Shown one piece after another: positions 11,830 to 24,339 of a stretch of 64,000 nucleotides of DNA. The DNA is from Lama glama. Lineage: Eukaryota. The position numbers were made by a program, and so were the translations under genes. Under the pieces are notes generated by a model. That model was not told the DNA's origin, made no database searches, and saw only the letters and a list, made by a program, of their open reading frames with translations. How positions within the stretch are numbered: position 1 is the first letter of the stretch; the number at the start of each line of letters is the position of its first letter. Location: assembly GCA_028534125.1 (NCBI GenBank), contig CM052816.1, forward strand, positions 15,874,001 through 15,938,000. Reading direction: 5' to 3'.

Positions 11830-12515
11830 AGATCTTTAGAGGTATGCCACTGAGCTCTGTCCTTGGCCCTAGACTTATCTGGTCCATAGGCTTTTCATTT
11901 GGTTTTTTAACCAGTAATCTGGATGAAGACCTAGAGGCATGCTCAATGAGCCTGCTGAGACTGGGAAGATGGAGGGAGATGACATCTGAAGCCATAAAGA
12001 GGCAACAGAGTGAGTGGTGAAGACCATGATGTCTGGATCCAAACTACCAGGCTCTATTCCCAGCTCATTAATGACTGAGTCAACATAGGCAAGTTACTTA
12101 ACCTCTCTGGGCCTCAATTTCCTCATCTCTAAAATAGGGATAATAGTAGTTCTCCAGTCGGGTTGTTCTGAAGTCTGAATGAGTTAGCGCGCCGAGTTAT
12201 ATGGTAACTATATGTGAGTTTGCTAATCTCATCACTATCAGGACTGGACAGAGGGTTAAGTCAGAACGAACAAAATTGAATTTAATGAGAACAAATGGAA
12301 AAAAATCAAATTCCAACAAAGTAACTGTACAAGTTCAGGGTCAGGAAGACCTGGCTGGGCACCCATCCATTCATCTGTCCATGAGAAATGGCTCAAGGTG
12401 TCCAGCCGATTTTCAGGGCAACTCAGCCAACCCTGTCATTATGACCTTCAGCAGTAGTCACTGAGGTATAGCATCCAAAACCAAGGAGGTGACAACCCCA
12501 CCGTGTTCTGAACTT
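11830..12515 (+). mobile_element. L3/CR1 LINE RT fragment interrupted by a MIR (~12000-12240)
   Basis: ggtatgccactgagctctgtccttggccc...ctggatgaagacctagaggcatgctca (CR1 RT GVPQGSVLGP-like); resumes after the MIR with aacaaaattgaatttaatgagaacaaatg and gtatagcatccaaaaccaaggaggtga. Confidence 0.6.
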
Positions 12516-12529
12516 CAAACTTAGTGGCG

Positions 12530-14550
12530 AAGATCATCTTTTGTTGGAGGGAGTGTAAAATGGTACAACTTTGTAAAAAGATCGAGTAGTTTCTTATAAA
12601 ACTAAACACACACCTACACTATGACCCAGCAATTCCACTCCTAGGTATGCAAGAGAAATGAAAACATATGTTCACACAAAGACTTGTACAAGAATGTTTA
12701 TGGCAGCTTTATTTACAATGGCCCCAAACTGGAAATGGCCCAAGTGTCCATCAAGAGGTGAATGGATTAACAAGCTGTTATACATCTGTACAATGGAACT
12801 CTACCCAGCAATAAAAAGGAGCAAACGACTGACATATGCAATCGCATGGATGAATCTCCAAAACATCATGCTGAGTGAAAGAAGCCAGACACAGAAAAAG
12901 AGTGGATACTCTATGATTCCATTCTTATGAAGGTCCAGAATGGGCAGAACTAAGCCACTGTGAAAGAAAGCAGAACAGTGGGGTCAGGAGGTGACTACGA
13001 GGCTTTCTGGAGTGATGCAAATATTCTATATCTTGATAGGAGCTGGGGTATACAAGTACATGCATTTGTCAAAACTCAACGAATGATATACTTAAGATTT
13101 GTGCATTTCTTAGCAGTCTACCCAGGCAATAGAAATAAAAGCAAAAATAAACAAATGGGACCTAATTAAGCTTACAAGCTTTTGCAAAGCAAAAGAAACC
13201 ACAAGCAAAACAAAAAGACAACCTGCAGAATGGGAGAAAATATTTCAAAATATGAGACTGACAAGGGCTTAATTTCCAGAATATATAAGCAGCTCATACA
13301 ACTTAATAAGGAAAAAAAAACCCAATCCAAAAGTGGGCAGGAGACCTAAACAAGCAATTCTCCAATGAAAACATACAAATGGCCAATAGGCACATGAAAA
13401 AATGCTCAATATCACTAATTACCAGAGAAATGTAAATCAAAACTACAATGAGGTATCACCTCACACCAGTCAGAATGGCCACCATTAAAAAGTCCACAAA
13501 TGATAAATGCTGGAGAGGCTGTGGAGAAAAGGGAACATTCCTACATTGCTGCTGGGAATGTAGTTTGGTGCAGCCATTATGGAAAACAGTATGGAGATTC
13601 CTTAAAAGACTTAAAATAGATTTATCATATGACCCAGCAATCCCACTCCTGGGCATATACCCAGAGAGAATGCTAATTCTAAAAGATACATGCACCCCAA
13701 TGTTCATAGCAGCACTATTTACAATAGCCAAGACATGGAAACAACCTAAATGTCCATCGACAGATGACTGGATAAAGAAGCTGTGATATATTTATACAAC
13801 GGAATACTATTCAGCCATAAAAGAGAATAAAATAGTGCCATTTGTAGCAACATAGATGGAACTGGAGATTGTCCTTCTAAGTGAAGTAAGCCAGAAAGAG
13901 AAAGAAAATTACCATATGATATCATTTATGTGAGGAATCTAAAAAAAAAGACAAGTGAACTCATTTACAAAACAGAAACAGACTCACAGACATAGAAAAC
14001 AAACTTACGGCTCCCAGAGGGAAGAGGGTGGGAAGGGATAAACTGGGAGTTTGAGATTTACAGATGCTGGCTACTATATATAAAACAGATGGGCAACAAG
14101 TTTACACTGTATAGCATAGGGAACTGTGTTCAATATCTTGTGGAAACCTATAGTGGGAAAGAATATGAAAATGAATATATGTATGTATAAGAATGACTGA
14201 ACTATTATGCCGTGCACCAGAAATTGACACAACATTGTAAACTAACTATACTTCAATAAAAAAAAAGATTTATGCATTTCATTATATAGGTTTTTGTCTC
14301 AAAAAAGCAAAGAACCATACACAAATATTGAACTCTAGTTAGTGATATGCATGTTGAAGTGTTGGGGGGTGAAGTGTACCTGCAACTCACTTTGAAATAC
14401 ATCCAAAAATGAAGATGAACTGATGGAGAGAGATGCACAATGAGAAAGCAAACACAGTATAATGTAAATTGTCAATTCTGAGTGGTGGCTAGATGGGTGT
14501 CGCAATAAAAGGTATTCAATTTTTCTGTATGTTTAAAATTGTAATATTAA
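12530..14550 (+). mobile_element. Old L1M 3' part (host element), split by a younger L1 at 13110-14264
   Basis: ORF 12658-12930 (MKTYVHTKTCTRMFMAALFTMAPNWKWPKCPS) is L1 ORF2 C-terminus-like; the 3' UTR resumes after the insertion. Confidence 0.75.
13110..14264 (+). mobile_element. 5'-truncated artiodactyl/camelid LINE-1 with poly(A) and TSD
   Basis: ORF 13448-13786 matches the L1 ORF2 Cys-rich C-terminus ([40 protein letters not shown]); AATAAA then poly(A); TSD aagatttgtgcatttc (13094-13109) / aagatttatgcatttc (14265-14280). Confidence 0.92.
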
Positions 14551-14589
14551 AATATTAGATAGAGAAGACAACTGATGGTTAAGGGGTGG

Positions 14590-14970
14590 AGAAAGAAGCA
14601 ACTTCACTCAGCTGTGACCCATCAGGAGCCAAAAGTGGCGCCACCTTCTGGGGAGCAATTTGTCAATACGTATCAAAAGCGTTGATGTCCCTGCTCTTCA
14701 ACCCAGCAGTTCCATTGCTAGGAATGTATCTTAAAAAAATTAAAGATGGATGTGGGCAAAGATGTAGCTACAAGGCTTTTGACTGAAACATTAATTATGA
14801 TAGCAAAACGTCCTAAATGTCCTAAAATAGGGCGTGGTCAGAGACATCACAGAGTCTTTATGCACTGGAATATTTGCAGCAGTTAAAATGGTACATCACA
14901 AATATTTGCTGAAATGGAAAGACATTCTCTCTTTATATATATATACTAGTTGAGAAGGAAAAGCAGGTTT
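14590..14970 (+). mobile_element. Ancient L1ME-type fragment
   Basis: gagcaatttgtcaatacgtatcaaaa...cttcaacccagcagttccattgctaggaatgtatc...aaatgtcctaaaataggg. Confidence 0.6.
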
Positions 14971-15005
14971 CTGGGGTTATTCCCCTCACTAAAGGTCCCA
15001 GCCCG

Positions 15006-15242
15006 CAGAGGGTGGGAAGGGATAGACTGGGATTTCAAAATTGTAGAATAGATTAACAAGCTTATACTGTATAGCACAGGGAAATACATACAAGATCTTA
15101 TGGTAGCTCACAGAGAAAAAAAAATGTGACAATGAATATATATATGTTCATGTGTAACTGAAAAAATTGTACTCTACACTGGAATTTGACACAACATTGT
15201 AAAATGATTAGAAATCAATAAAAAAAAGTTAAAAAAAAATAA
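15006..15242 (+). mobile_element. Severely 5'-truncated camelid L1 (3' UTR only) with perfect TSD
   Basis: gggtgggaagggatagactgggatttcaaaattgtag...aataaaaaaaa; 15-bp TSD aaaggtcccagcccg at 14991-15005 and 15243-15257. Confidence 0.9.
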
Positions 15243-17789
15243 AAAGGTCCCAGCCCGTGACATGGGGTACTCAGTGCACCACCCCGTCCCATCCCAATCC
15301 CTGGAGTTATTGGGGAGCTTTAATTTCTTCTTAGTACAGCTGGCTCTGTTTCCTTATTTCCATGAAATTCTCCATTTCCCATCTGCCTCTCACCTCCTGC
15401 ACACTGTCCTGTTTCCCCTGTACTGTCTCTTGGGAAGACCCCTTATTCCTTCACATGGCCAGTGCCACCCGCTGGACTCACAACTTGACTGATACTTAGG
15501 GCAAGGGGAGCATTCATGGTGTGATTGATCTTGTGAGGCAGGGGGCATCCCCCAGGGGGTCAGGATTGCAGCCTTTGCTCCCTCATTCTAAAGGAGGCCA
15601 CTGCCACTGGAACCTGGGTTTGCCCCACTCCCACGTTGCCAGCCCCAGGCTCGGGAAGGACGAAGATGATGGACAGTGAGAGCGAATGATTGTTGGGAGC
15701 TTGTGGGGAGGGCGGTGCTTCGGAACCATTTCCCCTCATCTCTAGCATGGCCCTTGGAAACTCAAACTTCTTCTTTCTTTACTATCAGAATCATTTCCTT
15801 CTCTTTGTTCCTTTCCTCAACCTCCCAGAACAGACCTGTCTTCACAACCAAATGACCCTTCAAAGTGTTAAGTTAAACAATAACTGCCTTTCTCCCCTAA
15901 AAGGCTTCCTACCACCAGCTTTTGCCTTGTGCTTTATTAGCACACGCATTGGTGTCAGTCTGGAAGGAGACTCCTAAGGAGCTAAAAGGGCTTGCCTTTG
16001 GGTGGTGGGATTGTGACTGTTTTTCCCTTGTGTGTATTTTCTAATTTCCCTACAACAAACCCATATTTTCTCGTGTATTGAGAAAAAAGCAGTCACCACA
16101 GAAGCAGCCATTCTCATCCAAAGTATACCCAGAGGAGAGCTGCTTATGAGATGAAGGGCTAGAAAGGTGCTTTATGGGGTGCTGGGGCCACTGAAGCTGG
16201 AGAGAAGGTGGACATGAGGGTGAGAGGGCACAGACCTCTCTGAAGCCAGCTGGGACCTGAGTGCAGCAGACAGAGGTGCGTGATCTGTGCTCCACAGGGT
16301 GAGCGAGTTCCAACCAGGAGACAGCATGAGAAGGCCGGTTTGGTCTCACTAGAAGGCGCTGTTCTACAATGGAACGGGCTGCCTATTAAGACAGCGAGCC
16401 CCTTGCCACATGAGATGTGCAAGCAAAATGGACAGTTGTCAAGAGGGTTAGAGAGATGTCTAGGCTGACTAAGAGAATGGATTAAGGGTCTCTGAAGTCC
16501 CTTAGAGCAACCCAGAGTGAGTTTTTAGTCTCCCTGACTGAAGTGTCAAAGGAGCTCAAATGCTATTTCTGACATTGGTGGCAGAGAGGGTGATCAGGGA
16601 GGACTTTCTGGAGGAGGAGGCCTCCAGCTTCCCATCATCCCCGTAACCCTGCTGCCCTAGCCCTCAGCCAAGGGGAAGATCAGAAAGGGGGCTGATGTTG
16701 CTATACATTGTTTTTCCCATGGTGATGGGGGCATACAACTGAGCTCACCCCAGAACCCCTGAACCCCTCCTCCCCAGGGGCCTCTGGGAGGGGTCTCAAG
16801 TCCTCGCCTCCCTCCCCAGGCTGCCCTGGCCCTGCCCAAGAGGGACTGTGCCCTGATGAGGCAGGGAAACTTGGGGTGAGGTAAGGCCCTAGAGACAGAT
16901 AAACAAGCCAGCGCTCATGCGCAGATGAACTCACTCAGGGTAGGACAGTGTTAGGGCACAGGCTGAGAGGTCCAGCAGGCCTGCTCTGAATCACCTGCTG
17001 AGTGACCTTGGGCAAGTGGTTCCACTTCTCTGGGCCTATGAGGATGTGGCTGTGAGGATGAAATGAGATGCCCTGGATGGCGATGAGCTCATGGCTTCCT
17101 TTTTTTCCTCACACACACAGCCACTCGGAGGCGGAAACAAACCGCAGAGCCCCGCAGAGGTTCACCCCAGACCTGCCTACCTGTGTCCCCCAAGCCCCTA
17201 ATCTTTCCTCTCCCACCCCTCGGCGTCCTCGGCTGCCCCCACGCGGCCCTTGTCGGTACTGCAGCAGCCGGCCCTGATCACCCAGTCTGGGCCCCCCGCA
17301 TACCTTGATGCGTTGCAAAGGTGAGGTATGGAGACATCTCCTGATCTCTGGCGGGCAAGCCCTGGTCTTCAAAACTTCAAAGACTTGTCGTCATTCTCAG
17401 AGCCCAGCCTCAACCCTAGGTATGGCTCCGGAACCTCCTTGCTGGTTCCAGGCCAACGGTAGGGGCCCGAGAAGCAACACTGAGCCCTGCTGGCTGGGGT
17501 GGCCAGTGTGGGCAGGAAGGAGGCAGGCATAGTAGTGCTTGAGAGAGAAGTTCACAAAATGATCCAGGGCCTCTGGGAGTGTCCAGACACACGTGCAAAC
17601 ACCCACATGCCCAGGCCTCCGCGTGCACACATGCACACGGGCACACACCCACAAGCACTGAGCGCCAGTGGGCGCGCACTGTCCCTCCCACACATGGGGA
17701 CATCACCACTCAGTCAGCCCCTTTTTCCAAGCAGCCATCCCTCTGTCCCCTGTGTTCCCCCTCAGCCCACCTCCTGCCCACGACCTGAG

Positions 17790-18120
17790 GAAACCAGTGA
17801 TTACTGTAAATTGAAAACACAAACTCCTTTCAATGGCCTAAAGCCCTGGATCACCTAGCCCACTCAGACCACATCTCCCACCTCCAGCCGCTCCCCCATT
17901 ACTCACTATTTCTCCAGCAAAAACAGGCAGCACTCAATCACACTGCAGGTCCCCAGTACTTACTATTTCCTCTCCCCAAAATGTTCTTCCTCCAGATCCT
18001 CCATGGCTGCCTCCTTCCCTTCTTTTAGGTCTCAGTTTAAATGCCACCTTCTTCCAGAAAACCAGAGCTAAGAGGCTCCCCTCCCTCCATTCTCACCAAA
18101 CATGTCTCCTTCAAAATGGA
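17790..18120 (+). mobile_element. LINE-2 fragment (continues ~19790-19880)
   Basis: aaactccttt..ggccta..gccctg...tccatggctgcctccttcccttcttttaggtctcagtttaaatgccacct. Confidence 0.6.
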
Positions 18121-18322
18121 TATTCTGTTCATTAGAGAAATACAAATCACAACCATCTGACATCCATTAGGATGACTACTGAAAAAAGAAAATGCAGAAA
18201 ATAACAAGTGTTGGTGAGGATGTGGAGAAATTGGAACCCTTGGGCACTATTAGTGGGAGTGTAAAAGGGTGCAGCCACCATAGTAAACAATATGATGGTT
18301 CTTCAAAAAAATTAAAAATAGA

Positions 18323-18480
18323 GGGGAGAAGATACAGCTTAGTGGTAGAGTGCATGCTCAACAAGCTTGAGGTTCTGGGTTCAATCCCCAGTATCCCCAG
18401 TAATAAATAAATAAACAAATAAATGAAACTAATTACCTCCTTCCCCCAAAAATGTTTTTAAATAAATAAAAATAAAATAG
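18323..18480 (+). mobile_element. Vic-1-like SINE
   Basis: ggggagaagatacagcttagtggtagagtgcatgctc...gggttcaatccccagta, then an (aaat)n tail and ctaattacctcc. Confidence 0.85.
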
Positions 18481-18486
18481 TTGACC

Positions 18487-18986
18487 NNNNNNNNNNNNNN
18501 NNNNNNNNNNNNNNNNNNNNNNNNNNNNNNNNNNNNNNNNNNNNNNNNNNNNNNNNNNNNNNNNNNNNNNNNNNNNNNNNNNNNNNNNNNNNNNNNNNNN
18601 NNNNNNNNNNNNNNNNNNNNNNNNNNNNNNNNNNNNNNNNNNNNNNNNNNNNNNNNNNNNNNNNNNNNNNNNNNNNNNNNNNNNNNNNNNNNNNNNNNNN
18701 NNNNNNNNNNNNNNNNNNNNNNNNNNNNNNNNNNNNNNNNNNNNNNNNNNNNNNNNNNNNNNNNNNNNNNNNNNNNNNNNNNNNNNNNNNNNNNNNNNNN
18801 NNNNNNNNNNNNNNNNNNNNNNNNNNNNNNNNNNNNNNNNNNNNNNNNNNNNNNNNNNNNNNNNNNNNNNNNNNNNNNNNNNNNNNNNNNNNNNNNNNNN
18901 NNNNNNNNNNNNNNNNNNNNNNNNNNNNNNNNNNNNNNNNNNNNNNNNNNNNNNNNNNNNNNNNNNNNNNNNNNNNNNNNNNNNNN
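18487..18986. other. Assembly gap (500 N)
   Basis: Run of exactly 500 n; a round placeholder length. Confidence 0.99.
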
Positions 18987-19198
18987 CAAAATTGTAGAAT
19001 AGATAAACATGATTACACTGTATAGCACAGGGAAATATACACAAAATGTTATGATAAATCACAGAGAAAAAAATGTGACAATGAGTGTGTATATGTCCAT
19101 GAATGACTGAAAAATTGTGCTGAACACTGGAATTTGACACAACACTGTAAAATGATTATGAATCAATAAAAAATGTTAAAAAAAATAATAAAAAATAA
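18987..19198 (+). mobile_element. Camelid L1 3' end (same family as 15006-15242)
   Basis: caaaattgtagaatagataaac..ctgtatagcacagggaaata..ctggaatttgacacaacactgtaaaatgatta..aatcaataaaaaa. Confidence 0.85.
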
Positions 19199-21254
19199 CA
19201 ATTTCACTTCTGGGTATATACACTAAAGAATTGGAAGCAAGTTTTGAAGAGATATTTGTACATCCATGTTCATAGTAGTATTATTCACAATAACCAAGAT
19301 GTGGAAGCAACCCAACTGTCCATCAGTAGATGAATGGATAAATGAAATGTGGTATGTACATACAATGGAATATTATTTAGCCTTTAAAAAGGAGGGGAAT
19401 TCTGACACACATTACAATGTGGATGAACCTTTAGGACATTATGCTAAGCAAAATACGCCAGTCACAAGAAGACAAATACTGCATGATTCCACTTATTTGA
19501 GCCATGTAGAGTAGTTAAATTTGCACAGACGAAAAATAGAATGGTGGCAGCCAGGGTCTGGGGTGGATGCAGAGAATGGGGAGTTATTATTTAATGGGTA
19601 GAGTTTCAGTTCTGCAAGATGAAAAGAGTTCCAGAGATGGATGGCGGTGATGGTTGCACAACTGTGTGAATGTGCTTCATGTCACTGAACTGTACACTTA
19701 AAAATGGTTAAGATGCTGATTTTATGTTATGTGTAGCTTACCACAATTAAAAATAATAAATTTTTTAAAAATCAAAACTTTTCTTTGCTTGTTCAATCCT
19801 GCCTCACTCATTAAACAGTGAACTCCAGAAGAGCAGGGCTCTGTCTGTGAGGTGCATCTACTATGTGCTGCCAGTCACCAACGACACTGGGAACAAGACA
19901 GACAAGGTGTCCACCTACCTGAGGCCCACAGCCTGGCAGGGAGGGGAGAAAGATGCTGAACAAATGAGTAAACAAAATTATCACCTATCAAGTGAAATGT
20001 AGAATGGCTTCACCAGGGAGAAATCAGCTGGGGCAGTCAGGCACGCCATCCTGGAGGAGGTGACATTTATGCTAAGACCCCAGAAACGATAGTCAGTCAT
20101 CAAGCATCTGGGAGACCAGAGCTGCAGAGAGGGAACAGCAAGTACAAAGGCCCTGAGGTGAGCACAAGACTTATGCTAGAGGAACAGCAAAGAGAGGAAG
20201 TGGGAAAGCAGGGTAAATAGGAAAAGAGGAGGACTCAAGAGAGGGAAAGGGATGGAGGGCATTGTTGGTGGCAGGGAGGAGGCCCCACCAAGTCACTAAC
20301 CTCCTCTTCCACAACAGGTGAGCTTCTATGAATGGTGGCCTCTAAGTGCCATGTGGGACACTAAATGCTTTTTATGCATTAGGTCAGAGAATGTTCACAG
20401 TGGTCCTGGGTGCAGGTGCAGTCATTGTCCTGTGGTATCAAAGAGGAAATAGAGTCAGAGAGCTTGGGTGAGTTGGTGGGACAAGAGCCAGAGGCAGTGG
20501 GGAGAGAGGCTTTACTACCCCCCACCCCCTACTGCCCCCCACCCCCGGCCCCTGTGCAGCCTGCCTTCCGCCAGCCCTTCAGAGACCCAGTCTGAGGAGG
20601 CTCTTCCCTCCCACCTAGCTGCACTCCCATGCCCACTCCCTCTGCCTCAAGAGCCAGGGCCTTCTACAGGCCTGGGCTGCTGGCTGACCACTGCCAAAGG
20701 GTTTCCATTGCTCCCTTCACTGCCTCCCAAAAGCAGGCCAAGGAGAGAGAACCCACCCCCTCGCCCTCACCCACTGGGGGCAGCACTGGGAGAGGGAAGA
20801 CAGAAGCCCTCTCCAGCTTCACAATAGCCTCCTCTGAGGCTCCTCTGCAGGTCCTGTCCTTGGGAGGCCCGTCTTAAGGTGAGGGAAACAGGGACCCCCT
20901 GGAGCTTGCAGGCTGGATGGCAGCCTGGTAGTCAGTGAAGATGTCCTCCAAGGCCAAGGACAGCATCATCTTTAAGCCTGAGGGGCCTGCGCTGCCCTAA
21001 ACCCTGGACTGTGGTACAGGGGGAGAGTGGGACCCCCAGGGAGAGCCTAGGCCTTCCACCAGCTGGGAGGGATATAAAGAAAAGGAGGTGGTTCCATCTC
21101 CTGTCTTCACTCCTGGGCTCAGGGAGCCTTATCCACCACCCTGGCGGCACCACAGAGGGAACACCCAGTAGTAGGGAAGCCTTGGTCCCCATTCTCACAG
21201 CTCCCCATCCTAAAATAGACATGGACGGGGTCTTCCACTCAGAGCCCATTACAC

Positions 21255-21945
21255 TTCAGGACCCTGCAGAAAATGGAAATGCAGAGTCTCTTGTCCAAAA
21301 AGCAAGGAGAAAGTGCCTAATTTTAAAGGCACTCAAATATAAAACTAAATATGGGAAGAAGGCATAACTCCGTTGTACAGTGTGTGCCTAGCATGCATAA
21401 GGTCCTGGATTCAATCCCCAGTACCTCCATTAAATAAATAAGTAAATCTAATTACCAGCCCCTGCCTCAAAATAAAAATAAAATAGTTGGATAAAACTAA
21501 TATATATAACGCTTTTCTCTTTCCTATGTGGTCTATCTCTCAACTTGTCATGATGTTTTTTATTTGCTATTTAATGTCATTCTAAGAAAAGAAAAATTAA
21601 CACCTTTGACTAGCATGACCTTTACCCTTCACCTTTATATTGTGCAATGCCAATTTTAAATGCAAATATAAGGACAGTTCACTTTCATGCAGAATCATCA
21701 AAATGGTATGGTTTTGTATTTTGTATGCACATGTATTTCATTTTTACCTGAGGGGTGGAAACATCACACAAACTCAATTGTTTTTATTTCACTTGGTTCC
21801 TGCACGTCTACCAATACTCCCTACCTTTGGCTTACTGATGAGTAAGGAAGGACTGAAAGGAAAAAGGACTGAGGGTTTCTCAATCCTTCCCTGTGCTGTC
21901 ATCATGGTCAGCATATGGTGTTGGCTTCTCCAGGGAAATAATACC
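21255..21945 (-). mobile_element. MER45B-like hAT-Tip100 DNA transposon
   Basis: cttgtcatgatgttttttatttgctatttaatgtcattctaag, tttatattgtgcaatgccaattttaaatgcaaatataag and cttactgatgagtaaggaaggactgaaaggaaaa match the reverse of the recalled MER45B consensus. Confidence 0.75.
21353..21490 (+). mobile_element. Vic-1-like SINE inserted in MER45B
   Basis: tRNA-like head with ggattcaatccccagtacctcc and an A-rich tail; TSD ataaaactaaatat (21339-21352) / ataaaactaatat (21491-21503). Confidence 0.85.
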
Positions 21946-22079
21946 CTGGTAGGGAAGAAGCCTTGACAAAGAAGCGGGGCAGGGGAGTCTGAAGAGTTAC
22001 TAGGGGGCTATGACGCTCTGGCCTGGCTGCTCCTCATGGAAGACCCATGGGACATGAGGGCATGGAGGTGACAGGTTGT

Positions 22080-22600
22080 CGTGGGAACTCTGAGTTCCCT
22101 CCATTGGGCCTTATTCCACTCTGACCATGCCACCCCCTGCCTAGAACCTTCTGTGGCTCCCTAGTGCCCTCAGGATAAAATCCATAGCTCTATCCCTGAG
22201 CCCCAAGGCCCTGCCTCCCCTCCCACCACTGCTCATTGCTATACACTCTGCTGCAGCCATAGCCCTGCCCTCCTTGAACTCTGAGCTTGGGGCCTGCTTT
22301 TCTTTCCCTGCAACTAGAATCCTCTTCCCCATCAAGCCTGATTTCTGGCTAATGCATACTCATCCTTTGGGTCCTGATAAGAATATCACCTTCTCCAAGA
22401 TTTCCCTCACTTCCCAAGCTGAGTCAGGCACCTCCCCTGGACTCTCACAGGCCCCATACTCCCCCATCACTGCCCAGCAACCTGTCTTCTTCTGTCACTA
22501 CAGACGGGCTCTGAGAAAGCAGGACTGGCTCCGTTCAGGTCAACAGCCCTAAACCTCAACACATATTAGGTGCTCTATAATGGTTGTTGAGTGAATGCCT
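22080..22600 (+). mobile_element. LINE-2 3' fragment
   Basis: aaccttctgtggctccctagtgccctcaggataaaatcca...acacatattaggtgctctataatggttgttgagtgaatg. Confidence 0.6.
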
Positions 22601-24339
22601 GAGTTCACAGCAGTGGCAGTCCTCGACTCTGCCCAAGCTATTGTCTCACAGGTCAGGCCCAGGCCGGGGAGGAGGGACTAACAGGCATGACTCACCTACT
22701 ATGTTCCAGGCTCCAATGGCACTTCGCATTCTGACCTTATTCTTTACTCTCATCCTGCCCAGGAAGGGGGTGTCTTTGTACCTGTTACACAGATGAGGAA
22801 ACAGAGGATGGGACCATCCTCTTTTCTCGCCAACCCCCCCCCCACCCCCACCATCACACACATACATCCAAGCCCCAGCCAGAGTGACCAGACAAATGTC
22901 CTCTCAGCCAGGCCAATCCAGATGTCCTCTTTTCTTGGCCAGTCCCAGAGAGAACACAGTCCCAGCTGGGGCCCGTCCCATCCTTTCTCCCTCCCCCCTC
23001 TTCCTCCCCCTCCCCACTTCCTTCCTTCCTGCTCTTGGATATTCCCTTTGCAGGAAAGGCCGCAGGTTCCGGGGCAAGGCCCCCAGGTCCAGCTGCCCAG
23101 GCCAGGACACATGCTTCCTCCATCAACTAGCCCTCTCTGCCCTCCCCAGGGGCCGGAAATATGATCCAGGCCTAGGGAACATGGGAGCACTGCACAGGGG
23201 ACAGCCCAAGGTCATCTTGTCCCTCCCTCAGCCTCCAGCCCCAGCCCAATCAGAGGAGTTCTAGAGCTCATCCTGGAGGCCTGGAGTTGGGCACTGAGCA
23301 TGGTAGGGGCTCATGGTAGTCACTCAGCCTGTGAGCTGGTCATGATTCTTCAGGAAGACCCTGAGCGTTTGTCAAGATAATAACCTCTGGGATCTCACGT
23401 GCTGAGTCACTTTACATAGCGCCCGGTACAAAGTGAGCGCTCAGCTGTCAGTGTCTGTGATCAATATTATTTTCATCAACATCATCATCATCAGATTTAA
23501 TCCTCACAACTATCCTGGGAAGTAGATAAGAGTTTTTAATCCTCATTTTATAAATCAGGACACTGAGGCTTACCTGCTGGGTGCCTCAGTTTCCCCATTT
23601 ACGCAGTGAGGAGGAAGATGGAAGAGGCATCTCCAACGACCTATAAGTCTAAGGGAACGCACTCACTAATCCACTGAGCAGAGGCTTGCTGCGTGTTATC
23701 CTGATGCCAGACCAGAGACAGGCACAAGAAAACATTTCTGTCCTTGGATGGTCCTACAGGCCAAGGTCACCCAAGTCCAGGACAGACTGCAGGAGTCTAA
23801 CCTGTATCCTTCCTGCTGTAGCTCCATCTATTTCCCCAAAACACAGAAAAGAAAAAACCTCAGATTGTTGGAGAGGGAAAGGGCACCCCAGGACTGCTGA
23901 AGATTGGGTAACAGGTCCAGCCTGGTGGACAGAGAACTGAGGTCTGGCAGGTAGGCCAAGGCAGCAATGGGGTCAATTCAGGGGTAGGTCAATCGATGGG
24001 GATCCCATTGCTAAGGGTTTAGGGCCAGGCAGGAGCTGCCAGGCCTGGAATGGAGCTGCATCAACCTACTGCCACCACCCCTCAACTCCACCCTCGCCTT
24101 CTACAGGCAGCACACCCCGCATAAAAGCCAGAATTGCTGAATCCCTGAGTAGAGATCCATTATCTTAGCCTACTCAGCACTCCCCCCCACCATTACCAGG
24201 CCCAAGCTCCCTAACCAATGTTCTCCCGTATCCCAAGCTCCAGTCCCTGTGCCTTACCCAGAGAGGGCACTGGATTGGCAACAACCCCAACTCCCAACCA
24301 TCCGTGTGCCAGCTCGAGGACAGGCCCAACAAATTAGGA

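Larger units (their letters stand above)
18128..19775 (+). mobile_element. Old L1 (L1MA/MB-type) 3' part with nested Vic-1, gap and camelid L1 end
   Basis: ataacaagtgttggtgaggatgtggagaaattggaaccc before the gap; aatttcacttctgggtatatac...acttaaaaatggttaagatg after it. Confidence 0.8.

Noticed and set aside
13448..13786. 112-aa ORF with clear protein homology
   Set aside because: L1 ORF2 C-terminal remnant of a truncated element, not a host gene
18429..19140. ORFs of 173-235 aa
   Set aside because: Artefacts of translating through the N gap
6414..21490. tRNA-like sequences with A/B boxes (four copies)
   Set aside because: Diverged, most with SINE tails and some with TSDs; Vic-1-like SINEs rather than tRNA genes
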